A stretch of 55,783 nucleotides of DNA. It comes from Nitrososphaeria archaeon. GTDB lineage: Archaea; Thermoproteota; Nitrososphaeria; Nitrososphaerales; Nitrosopumilaceae. The stretch covers positions 1 through 55,783 of the forward strand of contig RHCX01000001.1 of assembly GCA_010028495.1 (NCBI GenBank), given 5' to 3'. A program made the translations under genes and the position numbers. A model generated the notes under the pieces. That model ran no database searches and had not been told where the DNA came from. It was given only the letters and a program-made list of their open reading frames with translations. Position 1 is the stretch's first letter; the number at the start of each line of letters is the position of its first letter. Positions 1-9,511 of this stretch are shown in pieces.

Positions 1-1192
1 TTTGGGCATGATTGATTTTCAAAATATTTACTATTATGCAAAGGCTTCTGAAAAAACGGAGAAAAACTGGGATGATGTTCCACCAGAGGTAAAAAGAACC
101 TTTGATAAGCTAGGAATTCCAGAAGCGGAAAAGAAATTCTTAGCAGGTGTAGGTGCGCAATACGAATCCGAAGTAGTATATCATAACCTAAGAGAAGACT
201 TGGCAAAGCAGGGCGTACTGTTCCTAGATACAGATACCGCACTAAAAGAGCATCCTGAAATTTTCAAAAAATACTTTGGCAAAATCATTCCACCAGAAGA
301 CAACAAGTTTGCAGCACTAAACTCTGCAGTCTGGAGTGGAGGATCTTTCATCTACATTCCACCAGGAGTCAAAGTAGACATGCCATTGCAAGCGTATTTT
401 AGAATCAACGCAGAAAACATTGGACAATTCGAAAGAACCCTTATCATTGCGGATGAGGGCTCTGAAATCCACTATATCGAAGGATGCACCGCACCAGTAT
501 ATTCTTCAGAGTCATTGCACTCTGCAGTAGTGGAATTGGTTGCACACAAGGACGCAAAACTCAGATACACCACAATCCAAAACTGGAGCTCTGATGTATA
601 CAATCTCGTAACAAAGCGAGCATATGCATACCAAGGAGCAAAAGTAGAATGGATTGATGGCAACATTGGAAGCAAAATCACAATGAAGTATCCTGGAATT
701 TACTTGCTAGAACCGAAGGCGCATGGCGAAACTTTGTCAATTGCATTTGCAGGAAAAGGCCAACACCAAGACACTGGCGCAAAAATGGTCCATCTAGCAC
801 CGGAAACAACTTCAAGAATTACATCAAAATCAGTAAGCAGACTAAACGGCAGAACTACATACAGAGGTCTACTGCATGTTGCAAAAGGCGCAACAAACGT
901 AAAATCCTCAGTAAGATGTGATGCATTACTGCTTGATGACACATCAAAGACAGACACCTACCCATACATGGAAATCAACCAAGAAGATGCAACAGTAACC
1001 CACGAGGCAACTGTAGGCAAAATTGGAGATGAGCAAATCTTCTATCTCATGACAAGAGGATTCTCAGAAGAAGACGCACTAACACTAATTGTAAACGGAT
1101 TCATGGAGCCATTCACAAAGGAGCTCCCAATGGAATATGCAGTCGAGCTAAACCGACTCATAAAACTGGAAATGGACGACTCGGTAGGATAA
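1..1192 (+). CDS. sufB: Fe-S cluster assembly protein SufB (5' end lies outside the window)
   Basis: [35 protein letters not shown] and THEATVGKI motifs; first gene of suf cluster. Confidence 0.97.
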   Translation, partial: LGMIDFQNIYYYAKASEKTEKNWDDVPPEVKRTFDKLGIPEAEKKFLAGVGAQYESEVVYHNLREDLAKQGVLFLDTDTALKEHPEIFKKYFGKIIPPEDNKFAALNSAVWSGGSFIYIPPGVKVDMPLQAYFRINAENIGQFERTLIIADEGSEIHYIEGCTAPVYSSESLHSAVVELVAHKDAKLRYTTIQNWSSDVYNLVTKRAYAYQGAKVEWIDGNIGSKITMKYPGIYLLEPKAHGETLSIAFAGKGQHQDTGAKMVHLAPETTSRITSKSVSRLNGRTTYRGLLHVAKGATNVKSSVRCDALLLDDTSKTDTYPYMEINQEDATVTHEATVGKIGDEQIFYLMTRGFSEEDALTLIVNGFMEPFTKELPMEYAVELNRLIKLEMDDSVG

Positions 1193-1216
1193 CTCCTATC
1201 ACCTTTTTGTTTTACC

Positions 1217-2614
1217 ATGCAACAAGCTTTATCCACAATTAACACTGGTCATGTAGATGAAATCTCTGAATCAAAAAAAGAGCCAGACTGGCTAAAGCAG
1301 TTCAGAAAAAAATCTTTTACAATTTACGAATCATTACCACCAGAGGTTTCTCCACTATACAACAAGTACACAGATGCAAAAAGAATGAATCCTGCAGAAG
1401 TATCGCTTGTCACTGATTCACAAAACACAGTCTACGATGGACTAAAGCCAAGACTTGCCGAGCTGGAAAAAGAAATACATATCATTCAAACTGGTACAAA
1501 CATTTTCAGAATTAATCTTCCAGAGGATCTAAAGGCAAAAGGAGTAGTGATATCATCAATTTATGATGCAATTCAAAATCACAGCGAGCTTGTCAAAAAG
1601 GTATTGGAGTCATCCGATCCTAAAGAAGACAAGTACACTGCACTAAACAATGCGGCATTCAACTCTGGAATATTCATCAAAATTCCAAAGAATCTGATTT
1701 TAGATAGACCAATACATATAGTATCTTGTATTGCACCAGACGGTACATCAACAATATCCAAAAATATCATAATCGCTGAGCAAAGCAGTAAGGCAAGTAT
1801 TGTACAGGAATTGTACGCACCAAAGGGCTCAAAACAGCAAGCATATCTGGAATTGCTCACGGTAGACGCACAGCCAAATTCACAGTTATCAATGACTACA
1901 TTTCAGGCAATGGACCAGTCTGCAGTCAATTTCTCCACCAGAAACTGTACCATACTGCAAGACGCCAAGATAAACTGGTATCTTGGACTGTACGGCTCTA
2001 TGCTATCAAGATATAGAACAAACTATTACTTGGATGGAGTTGGTGCATATGTAGAAGATGCAGAGATTGTCTTTGGCGACAATGAGCAGTCATTCGACTT
2101 ATCGGCAAACCTGATTCACAAAAAACAGGCAACCGAAGGCAAAGTTGTGCAAAGATCCGTATTAAGAAACAAATCAAAATCATTATTCAAAGGGATGATC
2201 AAAATTTTAGAAGGAGCATCCCAGTCAAGATCATTTTTGTCTGGACGCTCCATTCTGTTGGACAAGGACGCAAAGTCTGACGCCATTCCAGGACTTGAAA
2301 TTCTAACCAATGACGTGAAGGCGACCCACTCTGCATCCGTTGCACAAGTGGATGAAGAACAAATCTTCTATCTTAACTGCAGATGTCTTGACAGAGCAGA
2401 AGCAGAAAGAATCATTGTGGAAGGATTCCTAGAGCCAATGTCTCGTACAATGTCATACCAAGTTCGAGCTTGGATTGCATATCTTGTTGAATCAAAGTGG
2501 GCAGGACGTGACCTGATTCTCAAATCCGATGAAAACCTTCGCGCTATAGTTGAAGTAGAAGAAGTAAGATACAAGGAAGCAGACCAAATAGAAACCCACT
2601 ACAAGTATAGGTGA
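1217..2614 (+). CDS. sufD: Fe-S cluster assembly protein SufD
   Basis: SufBD family; PGLEILTNDVKATHSASV, FYL, IIVEGFL; follows sufB. Confidence 0.93.
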   Translation: MQQALSTINTGHVDEISESKKEPDWLKQFRKKSFTIYESLPPEVSPLYNKYTDAKRMNPAEVSLVTDSQNTVYDGLKPRLAELEKEIHIIQTGTNIFRINLPEDLKAKGVVISSIYDAIQNHSELVKKVLESSDPKEDKYTALNNAAFNSGIFIKIPKNLILDRPIHIVSCIAPDGTSTISKNIIIAEQSSKASIVQELYAPKGSKQQAYLELLTVDAQPNSQLSMTTFQAMDQSAVNFSTRNCTILQDAKINWYLGLYGSMLSRYRTNYYLDGVGAYVEDAEIVFGDNEQSFDLSANLIHKKQATEGKVVQRSVLRNKSKSLFKGMIKILEGASQSRSFLSGRSILLDKDAKSDAIPGLEILTNDVKATHSASVAQVDEEQIFYLNCRCLDRAEAERIIVEGFLEPMSRTMSYQVRAWIAYLVESKWAGRDLILKSDENLRAIVEVEEVRYKEADQIETHYKYR

Positions 2615-2620
2615 TCACAC

Positions 2621-2929
2621 TTGGGCAAATGGGTAAAGGCATGTGCACAAAACCAACTTGGCACAAATGACATGTTATCTCTGGACGTTGAAGAAAAAAA
2701 ATTACTTATCACAAATCTTGGAGGCAAAATCTACGCCACTGATAGAATTTGTACGCATGCAGAGGCTGATTTGTCTTCTGGATTTCTGTCAAACGAGGGC
2801 GTGCGATGCCCATTACACCTATCTGTTTTCAATTTAGAGAATGGCCAGCCACAAAACCCGCCGGCAGAAACTGCGCTGAAAATTTACAATGTTAAAATAG
2901 ATCACAACGAGATCTACGTTGAGGTTTAG
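2621..2929 (+). CDS. Rieske-type [2Fe-2S] ferredoxin
   Basis: CTH...CPLH Rieske ligands, 102 aa, inside suf operon. Confidence 0.92.
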   Translation: MGKWVKACAQNQLGTNDMLSLDVEEKKLLITNLGGKIYATDRICTHAEADLSSGFLSNEGVRCPLHLSVFNLENGQPQNPPAETALKIYNVKIDHNEIYVEV

Positions 2930-2931
2930 TA

Positions 2932-4173
2932 ATGCAAACAGCAATTTCCGTTGATCAAATTAGAAAAGACTTCCCTATTCTGAAAAGAAAGGTCCGTAAC
3001 GACAAGAACTTGGTATATCTAGACAATGCTGCAACTACGCAAAAGCCAATACAAGTGATAAACGCGATTACCGACTTTTACACAAATCACAACTCCAACA
3101 TTCATCGGGCAGTGCATGCACTGGCAGAAGAGGCAACAGAAGCATATGAAATGACAAGAGACAAGATTGCAAAATTCCTAAACATCAAGGACAGACAGGA
3201 AATAGTCTTTGTCCGAGGAACAACAGAGGCAATCAACTTGGTTGCATATGCATGGGGCAGACAAACCATCAAAGAAGGAGATATCATAGTTACAACAGAA
3301 TACGAGCATCATTCCAATATTGTTCCATGGCAGTTACTGACACAGGAAAAGAAAGCCAAGCTGGAATACATTGCAATCAATGACCATGGCGAGCTGATCT
3401 TGGATCAGCTTGACCAGTACTTGGCAACAGGCAAAGTCAAGCTTGTAGCAGTAAGTCAAATGTCAAATGTCCTGGGAACAATTACCGATGTTGCAGCAGT
3501 AATTGCAAAATGCAAAAAGGCCGGAGTGCGAGTTCTAATTGATGGTGCACAGTCTGTTCCTCATATGAAAGTGGATTTGGATTCTTTGGGGTGCGATTTC
3601 TTTGCGTTTTCTGGGCACAAAATGCTTGGTCCTACTGGTGTTGGAGTGTTATGGGCAAAAAAAGAACTACTCGAGCAAATGGCGCCATTCCATGGGGGAG
3701 GGGACATGATTCGCGAGGTCCACAAATACGAAACAACCTGGAATGATTTACCATACAAATTCGAGGCGGGAACTCCAAACATTGCAGATGTTATAGGATT
3801 TGCAGCTGCAATTGATTATCTGAATAACATTGGCATGGATTATGTCAGAGCACATGAAATTGAAATAACAAAATATGCCCTGGACAGGTTATCTGCTATC
3901 CATGGAATCAAACTATATGGAACATCCGACATGTCAAAGCGCGGAGGAGTAATATCGTTCAACTTTGCAGACATTCACCCACATGATCTGGCAACCATAA
4001 TAGACGAAGATGGAATTGCAATACGATCTGGCCATCACTGCGCCCAAGTTTTAATGGAAAAGCTAGACATTGCGGCAACATCACGCGCAAGCTTTTACAT
4101 TTACAATACAAAAGAAGAAGTAGACGTTTTGATAAACTCTTTATCAAGGGCAGCGAGGTTGTTCAAATTATGA
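2932..4173 (+). CDS. sufS: Cysteine desulfurase SufS
   Basis: YLDNAATTQKP, EHHSN, SGHKM (PLP Lys), RSGHHCA catalytic Cys motif. Confidence 0.97.
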   Translation: MQTAISVDQIRKDFPILKRKVRNDKNLVYLDNAATTQKPIQVINAITDFYTNHNSNIHRAVHALAEEATEAYEMTRDKIAKFLNIKDRQEIVFVRGTTEAINLVAYAWGRQTIKEGDIIVTTEYEHHSNIVPWQLLTQEKKAKLEYIAINDHGELILDQLDQYLATGKVKLVAVSQMSNVLGTITDVAAVIAKCKKAGVRVLIDGAQSVPHMKVDLDSLGCDFFAFSGHKMLGPTGVGVLWAKKELLEQMAPFHGGGDMIREVHKYETTWNDLPYKFEAGTPNIADVIGFAAAIDYLNNIGMDYVRAHEIEITKYALDRLSAIHGIKLYGTSDMSKRGGVISFNFADIHPHDLATIIDEDGIAIRSGHHCAQVLMEKLDIAATSRASFYIYNTKEEVDVLINSLSRAARLFKL

Positions 4174-4604
4174 GTAGCAATGCAGACATTTATCATGAAA
4201 TGATTGTCGATTATTCAAGACATCCAAGCAACTTTGGCAAAATAGAAAATCCTACAATCCAATACCATGACAGTAATCCCCTCTGTGGAGATAGTATTGA
4301 CATTTACATGAATGTGGATAATGAAAAGGTCTCTGACATTAAATTCAGTGGACGTGGATGCGCAATTTGTTTGGCATGCACATCGGTTTTGACTGAAATA
4401 GTAAAGGGCAAAAGCATCGAAGATGCAAGAAAAATCCAGAAAAACGATGTTCTTGGAGAGCTTGGTCTGGAAAACCTTCAGGCAGTCAGAATAAAATGTG
4501 CATTATTGTCCTTAAAGGTCCTAAAATATGGACTGTATTCATATCTGGCAACCAAGGATGCAAATGCAGATGCGCTCAAGCAAGAAGCATCATCTCTATA
4601 CTAG
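4170..4604 (+). CDS. sufU: SufU/IscU-type scaffold or sulfur-transfer protein
   Basis: NPLCGD, GCAIC, RIKCA; no LPPVK motif; 4-nt overlap with sufS. Confidence 0.88.
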   Translation: MSSNADIYHEMIVDYSRHPSNFGKIENPTIQYHDSNPLCGDSIDIYMNVDNEKVSDIKFSGRGCAICLACTSVLTEIVKGKSIEDARKIQKNDVLGELGLENLQAVRIKCALLSLKVLKYGLYSYLATKDANADALKQEASSLY

Positions 4605-4613
4605 GTGGGAATA

Positions 4614-4934
4614 ATGACAGACGTATCTTTAGAAATCAGAAACATCATTTTTGAGAAATTCAACTCTGATGAGCGTTTCACAAATGATCAAATATTTACA
4701 GAACTCCAAAAATCTGATAAAATAGAAAAATCACTCACCATAGACGACATGGAAAAATATTTCAACGAACTGTGCGATATCGGAATAATGCGAAACATTG
4801 CGCAAAACTTTACCACGCAATGGTTCAAACTATTCGATCCTTTAGAAAAAACAACATGTCCTTCATGCAAGGCAGAAGCACCAATCAACAAATCCGAAGA
4901 AAAGTCCTGTCCTTTGTGTAAGGCAGCTATTTAG
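4614..4934 (+). CDS. Hypothetical protein, putative winged helix plus C-terminal CxxC..CxxC zinc ribbon (alternative GTG start 4605)
   Basis: Directly follows sufU; CPSC and CPLC at the C-terminus. Confidence 0.75.
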   Translation: MTDVSLEIRNIIFEKFNSDERFTNDQIFTELQKSDKIEKSLTIDDMEKYFNELCDIGIMRNIAQNFTTQWFKLFDPLEKTTCPSCKAEAPINKSEEKSCPLCKAAI

Positions 4935-6135
4935 CTCTGTACCTAGCAGCTGCGGATTCCAAAGACTGAATCATTGGAAGCTTTTCGCCAGTCAGGTATA
5001 ACACCAATGCACCGCCTGCGGTACTGATGTGTGTGATTCTTTCTGCCAGACCGTATCTTTTGAGTGCAGACGTCAGATGTCCGCCACTCACTATGGTGGT
5101 TGCCATGGAGTTTGCAACCGATTCCAGCATCGCTTTTGTTCCATAGCTGAATTCCTGCTTTTCGAAAAATCCCGGCGGACCTGAGATGAACACGGTTCCA
5201 GCACTGGATATTATCTTGGAGTAATGCTCAATTGTCTTTGGCCCCAAATCGTAAATCTGGTCGCCCTTGTTGAGCTGCCGCACATCCAGCTCTACTCGAG
5301 TCCCATCATTGTTTATTGCAACATCCACTGGCGTGAAAAACACATCTGGATATTCTCCCATTAGGGCGTGCGCCTTTGCGACGGCGTCTTCCTCTCCTTT
5401 GATGCCCAAAGGATACTTGATTCTAGCCTGCGCACGCATGAAAACATTGCCAATAAGCCCTGTGAGGAGGATCTGATCTGCCCTGCCACGCTTGATTAGC
5501 ATCTTGATTGCCTCAAGCCTGTCAGTTACCTTGGAGCCTCCAAGTACTATGACGTGAGGGGCTTTGGCAACAGTCAGTATTTCTTCCAGCTTTCTTACCT
5601 CGCGCTCTACAATTTTTCCAGCACAAGTGGGTATGATATGGGAAAAGCCAACCAATGATGGATGTGCCCGGTGTGCGGATGGAAATGAATCCAAAACACA
5701 CAGGTCAAATAATTTTCCCAGTCTTTGCACCATTATTGTTTCTGCTGCCTCTTCTGGAGAAAATTCATAGTTTTCTTCTGCACAAAATCTCAAATTATCT
5801 AATAGAATGATGTCGCCGTTTTGCATATTTTTTATTTCAGACTGGGCCAAAGATCCAATGACATCTTCTACATACTTTACTTTTTTTCCAAGCATCTTTT
5901 CCAAAATTTTTGCATGCTGACCCATTCCGATGTAATCCTTATTGCCAACTCTGCCCTGGTGTGACACCACGACAACTTTGGCCTCAGACAAAGCCTTGAT
6001 AGTTTCAGTTGCCTCTTCGATTCTTTTGACACCAGAAATCTCGCCAGTTGACGGCTCTATTGGACAATTCATATCAACGCGAAGAAGAACTGTTTTCCCC
6101 TTTAGGTCAAAATCTCCAAGTGTTAGAATCTTCAC
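4927..6135 (-). CDS. pgk: Phosphoglycerate kinase
   Basis: LRVDMN, SHQGR, NLRF, AHRAH, LGGSK, HISTAGGA. Confidence 0.97.
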   Translation of the reverse strand: MKILTLGDFDLKGKTVLLRVDMNCPIEPSTGEISGVKRIEEATETIKALSEAKVVVVSHQGRVGNKDYIGMGQHAKILEKMLGKKVKYVEDVIGSLAQSEIKNMQNGDIILLDNLRFCAEENYEFSPEEAAETIMVQRLGKLFDLCVLDSFPSAHRAHPSLVGFSHIIPTCAGKIVEREVRKLEEILTVAKAPHVIVLGGSKVTDRLEAIKMLIKRGRADQILLTGLIGNVFMRAQARIKYPLGIKGEEDAVAKAHALMGEYPDVFFTPVDVAINNDGTRVELDVRQLNKGDQIYDLGPKTIEHYSKIISSAGTVFISGPPGFFEKQEFSYGTKAMLESVANSMATTIVSGGHLTSALKRYGLAERITHISTAGGALVLYLTGEKLPMIQSLESAAARYRAK

Positions 6136-6223
6136 GCTTGTGGGTTTTTCATGCTATCTTAAAATCTTTGAGTCGATCAGTTTTGCAGAAAAATTAAAAG
6201 CAACAATAATTCCCATGGAGTGA

Positions 6224-6883
6224 TTGCAAAACTGGTTGTTCGGCCTACGATCTAGGCCGTTCTTTGTTTTAGTGGCCGTCTTCATAGTGCTGTCTGTACT
6301 GGTCAATACCAAGACAACCCAAGAGTTTGACATCTACACTATTTCTCATTTCCAAGCCGCTGCCGGAAATCCTGCCCTAGATTATACCATGTGGGCAATA
6401 ACTGAAATTGGCAGCGTGACCTGGCTTGTCCTGTTTAGTATTGTATTATTGATAATCAGAAAAACCCGCAGAATCGGACTTGTGATGCTTTTGTGCCTGG
6501 TGGCAGGAACTATAGGCTCAGGCTATCTCAAAGGATACGTAATCGACCAGCCAAGACCAGAAATGGAATTCTTGGGTACAAAATTCCCATACGAGATAGG
6601 CAAGGACACATTTGTTCTTGGCACAAATGGCTCTTTCCCATCAGGACATGCCACACGAGCTGCAGTCGTAACAATGATTGCAGGTTATGCTCTGTCTCAT
6701 AGGTTCCCAAAAGGCAGATACCTAATCTGGATATTTCCCGTATTGGAATCAATCAGCAGGATCTATGTTTTACAGCACTATCCAATGGATGTGATTGGTG
6801 GTACTGTGTTTGGAACCGCACTTGCAGCAATTATAGGCAACAAACTAAAACTGTACAAGATTTTTGAGCCCTCAAAGGCCTAA
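6224..6883 (+). CDS. PAP2-family membrane phosphatase
   Basis: K..RP, SFPSGH, SRIYVLQHYPMDV motifs; multiple TM segments. Confidence 0.92.
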   Translation: MQNWLFGLRSRPFFVLVAVFIVLSVLVNTKTTQEFDIYTISHFQAAAGNPALDYTMWAITEIGSVTWLVLFSIVLLIIRKTRRIGLVMLLCLVAGTIGSGYLKGYVIDQPRPEMEFLGTKFPYEIGKDTFVLGTNGSFPSGHATRAAVVTMIAGYALSHRFPKGRYLIWIFPVLESISRIYVLQHYPMDVIGGTVFGTALAAIIGNKLKLYKIFEPSKA

Positions 6884-7183
6884 AGAATCAAAGACGTTTC
6901 CGCTTATCAGAACAATTGCATAGTCTTTTTCATCATGGTGGTATGTCCAGTATCGAAGGTTTCTCTCCTGGTTATTTTTGCGTAACATGAAGTTCAACTC
7001 TGTAGTTACGGTAAACCCTATTCTTTTTGCGAGTTTTTCCTCCTTTGGCATTATCACCTTGAATCCGCCTTTTTGCCCCTCGAATCCTATTTTTATCATG
7101 TCTAGCGCAGACTCGGATGCTGCCTTGACATCTTTGATCTCATATGTTTTGATTATTGGGATCTGGGATGGATGAAACTCCAT
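6872..7183 (-). CDS. Hypothetical protein
   Basis: 103-aa ATG ORF filling the gap between genes; typical composition. Confidence 0.75.
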   Translation of the reverse strand: MEFHPSQIPIIKTYEIKDVKAASESALDMIKIGFEGQKGGFKVIMPKEEKLAKRIGFTVTTELNFMLRKNNQERNLRYWTYHHDEKDYAIVLISGNVFDSLGL

Positions 7184-7328
7184 TGATATCGCTATACAAT
7201 GGGATCAATTTAACTAAAACAGTCATAACCCCTACCAAAAAACTCGTAATAGTGTTAAATTTCTTAACTCACAAGTCAAATACTGAAAATAGTCAAAGCT
7301 TATGCATACCGTTTTTGGAGTTTTTACA

Positions 7329-8063
7329 TTGGCAAATCTAGCAAAACTAGCTGAAAGACTAAAGCAGCAAAAAATGGAAGCCTCAAAAATACGAAGGAAA
7401 AACGAGCGTGCATTAAAGGAGGCAGTGTCTCTTGGAAGGCGCTCCTCATCAGGATTGAGAAGGCTAGAGCGTCACCTGGAACACGACAAAGAGCAGCTTA
7501 CAGACATCAACATGGAATTTAACCAAATTTTAGCAAGAAAGGAAAGCCTTGAAAGACTGGCAAAAACTGCCCAGGAAAGACTGCTAAAGGAAATGGAGGC
7601 AAAAGACCAAGCAGAAGTAGATATTGCAAATGCAGACAATGAGGATACAAAATCAAATGCCCAGTACAGACTGGATGTAGCAACTGAGAAAATCCAAGAA
7701 TTAGAAGAAGAACTCCAAATCCGAGAAAAAGGAGTCCAAAAAGTAGAGCAAGAGATAATCGATTACAAAAAATCTCAATCACACGCTACTAAGAAAATCA
7801 GTAAAGAGACAAAATCAAAACCTGCACTAGTTTCGCAATTAAAAGAAAGCCAAGTTGATTCTGAGAAATTCAGAAAGAAACTGGAAACCTCTGAAAAACG
7901 TGAGGAGAACGCAAACAAGGCACTTGCAAAGATAAATGCAAGATTGGGCGAGATGATGGCAAAAAAACGCAAGGCGGCAGCAAAAAAAGCAGCGGCAAAA
8001 CGTAAATCAAAGAAAAAGGTATCAAAAAAGAGCAAAAAATCCAAGAAAAAATCTCGACGATAG
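7329..8063 (+). CDS. Long coiled-coil protein with Lys/Ala/Ser-rich basic tail (TTG start; ORF track extends to 7302)
   Basis: E/K/Q/L-rich heptad body; tail KKRKAAAKKAAAKRKSKKKVSKKSKKSKKKSRR. Confidence 0.82.
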   Translation: MANLAKLAERLKQQKMEASKIRRKNERALKEAVSLGRRSSSGLRRLERHLEHDKEQLTDINMEFNQILARKESLERLAKTAQERLLKEMEAKDQAEVDIANADNEDTKSNAQYRLDVATEKIQELEEELQIREKGVQKVEQEIIDYKKSQSHATKKISKETKSKPALVSQLKESQVDSEKFRKKLETSEKREENANKALAKINARLGEMMAKKRKAAAKKAAAKRKSKKKVSKKSKKSKKKSRR

Positions 8064-8096
8064 CTCTAAACATATCATAATTTTATAGTGTATAAA

Positions 8097-8699
8097 ATGC
8101 GAAAACGAGGAATCTACATTTCAATTGGTGGACTGGCAATGGTAATTGCCTCGTTTGTTGTAGCAATGTCTTTGATTTCAAATGGCAATTTCACAAATTC
8201 TGAATTTTCGTTACCTGAAATGATGGAAGGAATGTTTGATAAGGTCACAGATACCACGCAAATCGAGCCTGGAGAAACAGGCACGTTCTCATTTGCTGCG
8301 GATTCTGACGTAAAATCGCTGTTCTGGGGAGTGCAGATAATAGATTATCAAAGCAATGATTCGGTTTCAGTGTTAATATCAAACATATACGGAGATGATT
8401 TTGGCGAATTCGATTCAAAGCAGCCTGCCTTTTTTGAAAACATGAACATAGAAAAACCTGACAATTACAATTTCAATGTCAAAAACACAGGACAAAGACC
8501 AATCAATGTAGTAATGATGTTTACAAAAAACCCGGACACGTCGGACAAATTCTCTAATCCAAATTCTCCGTTGGCAAAAAAACTGGTACCACTTGCAATA
8601 TCTGGAATACTGCTAATGGCAGGAATTATTGTGATAATAATTGGAATTATAATACTAGTAATAGATTACAGGAAAAAACAAAATTCTAGATTTACCTAG
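8097..8699 (+). CDS. Membrane protein with N- and C-terminal TM helices around a soluble domain
   Basis: Two hydrophobic segments flanking a beta-rich region. Confidence 0.8.
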   Translation: MRKRGIYISIGGLAMVIASFVVAMSLISNGNFTNSEFSLPEMMEGMFDKVTDTTQIEPGETGTFSFAADSDVKSLFWGVQIIDYQSNDSVSVLISNIYGDDFGEFDSKQPAFFENMNIEKPDNYNFNVKNTGQRPINVVMMFTKNPDTSDKFSNPNSPLAKKLVPLAISGILLMAGIIVIIIGIIILVIDYRKKQNSRFT

Positions 8700-8992
8700 T
8701 ATTCTTTGACGATTATTTCGCCGTACTTACCTCTACCCAAAGAGACTTCGTTTTTGAAGGTATTTGTATAGCCGTTTTTGATCAAGATCTTGGAGCCGTT
8801 TCTGACTTTTTTGATATCCTCTCCCCAAAGCGCGATTTTTATCTCGCCGGCTTCATCAACCAAAAATGCATTGCACACCTCGGTCGTTCCGCCAACTTTG
8901 AGATTGACTGATCGTGGTTCTTCCATTCGCTCTACTGTTCCTTCAACGTCGATTTTGTTTCGCATGTTTTTTGCTTGTTCTGTTGTTACCAC
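8696..8992 (-). CDS. ssb: Single OB-fold ssDNA-binding protein (SSB/RPA-like)
   Basis: LVDEAGEIKIALWG, IKNGYTNTFKNEVSLGRGKYG match the single-OB archaeal SSB pattern. Confidence 0.85.
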   Translation of the reverse strand: MVTTEQAKNMRNKIDVEGTVERMEEPRSVNLKVGGTTEVCNAFLVDEAGEIKIALWGEDIKKVRNGSKILIKNGYTNTFKNEVSLGRGKYGEIIVKEY

Positions 8993-9099
8993 GAATTGAA
9001 TTCAAAATCATTGCATAATTAAGTTTTTTAGTTTTCGGAAAAACTCGCATCCAGATTTGCAGGTCCTGTGAAAACTCCTATCAAAACCAGCTAGAGCAG

Positions 9100-9107
9100 T
9101 TATATAC
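9100..9107 (+). promoter_or_regulatory. Probable TATA box of tRNA-Leu
   Basis: TTATATAC about 22-29 nt upstream of the tRNA 5' end. Confidence 0.55.
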
Positions 9108-9128
9108 TCTGAATAGAAAATTGCTCTT

Positions 9129-9228
9129 GCAGAGGTATCGAAGCCCGGCCAACCGAGAGGGACTCAAGATCTTTCAATAAGATATCCCTTCCTTTAGGGG
9201 TTCGTGGGTTCAAATCCCACCCTCTGCA
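9129..9228 (+). tRNA. tRNA-Leu(CAA) with a 15-nt intron (about 9169-9183)
   Basis: Acceptor GCAGAGG/CCTCTGC-A, anticodon stem AGGGA/TCCCT with CT-CAA-G, long variable arm, T arm GTGGG-TTCAAAT-CCCAC; no encoded CCA. Confidence 0.95.
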
Positions 9229-9351
9229 TTATACTTCTATAATTTCAGCAGAGGTTGTTTTGTGGCCTGATAAATCCCGGTGAATTTGTGCAGACATCTC
9301 ATCCCGGAAAATCAAATTGCATCTATAACACTTCCAGGCCCGGGCACTCAT
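9229..9351 (-). CDS. 40-aa C2H2-type zinc-finger microprotein (not in ORF track)
   Basis: Manual translation MSARAWKCYRCNLIFRDEMSAQIHRDLSGHKTTSAEIIEV*; W-x-C-x2-C-x3-F-x8-H-x5-H; AT-rich TATA-like tract about 25-30 nt upstream. Confidence 0.8.
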   Translation of the reverse strand: MSARAWKCYRCNLIFRDEMSAQIHRDLSGHKTTSAEIIEV

Positions 9352-9511
9352 GGGATATAATACGCTGCTTAAAATTTAAATATATTGGACCATTCGTCCA
9401 CATTTTTGCAAATTTCGATCCGAATCGCAAATTATTGTATCATTTGTAAAAAAATCCGGAATTTCACAGGCTCGAACAAACCAATTTAGCGAAGAATGGC
9501 AAAATTATCTA

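Noticed and set aside
7254-7268. GTTAA-N5-TTAAC palindrome as a third member of the TTAAC-N3-GTTAA regulon
   Set aside because: Arms are in the opposite order with different spacing and not at the -38 offset
9248-9255. GCAGAGGT copy of the tRNA-Leu 5' end just downstream of the tRNA (att site or alternative pairing)
   Set aside because: Only 8 nt, lies inside the C2H2 microprotein coding sequence, and no integrase is nearby
9255-9449. 64-aa plus-strand ORF from the track
   Set aside because: No recognisable features; overlaps the better-supported C2H2 ORF on the opposite strand
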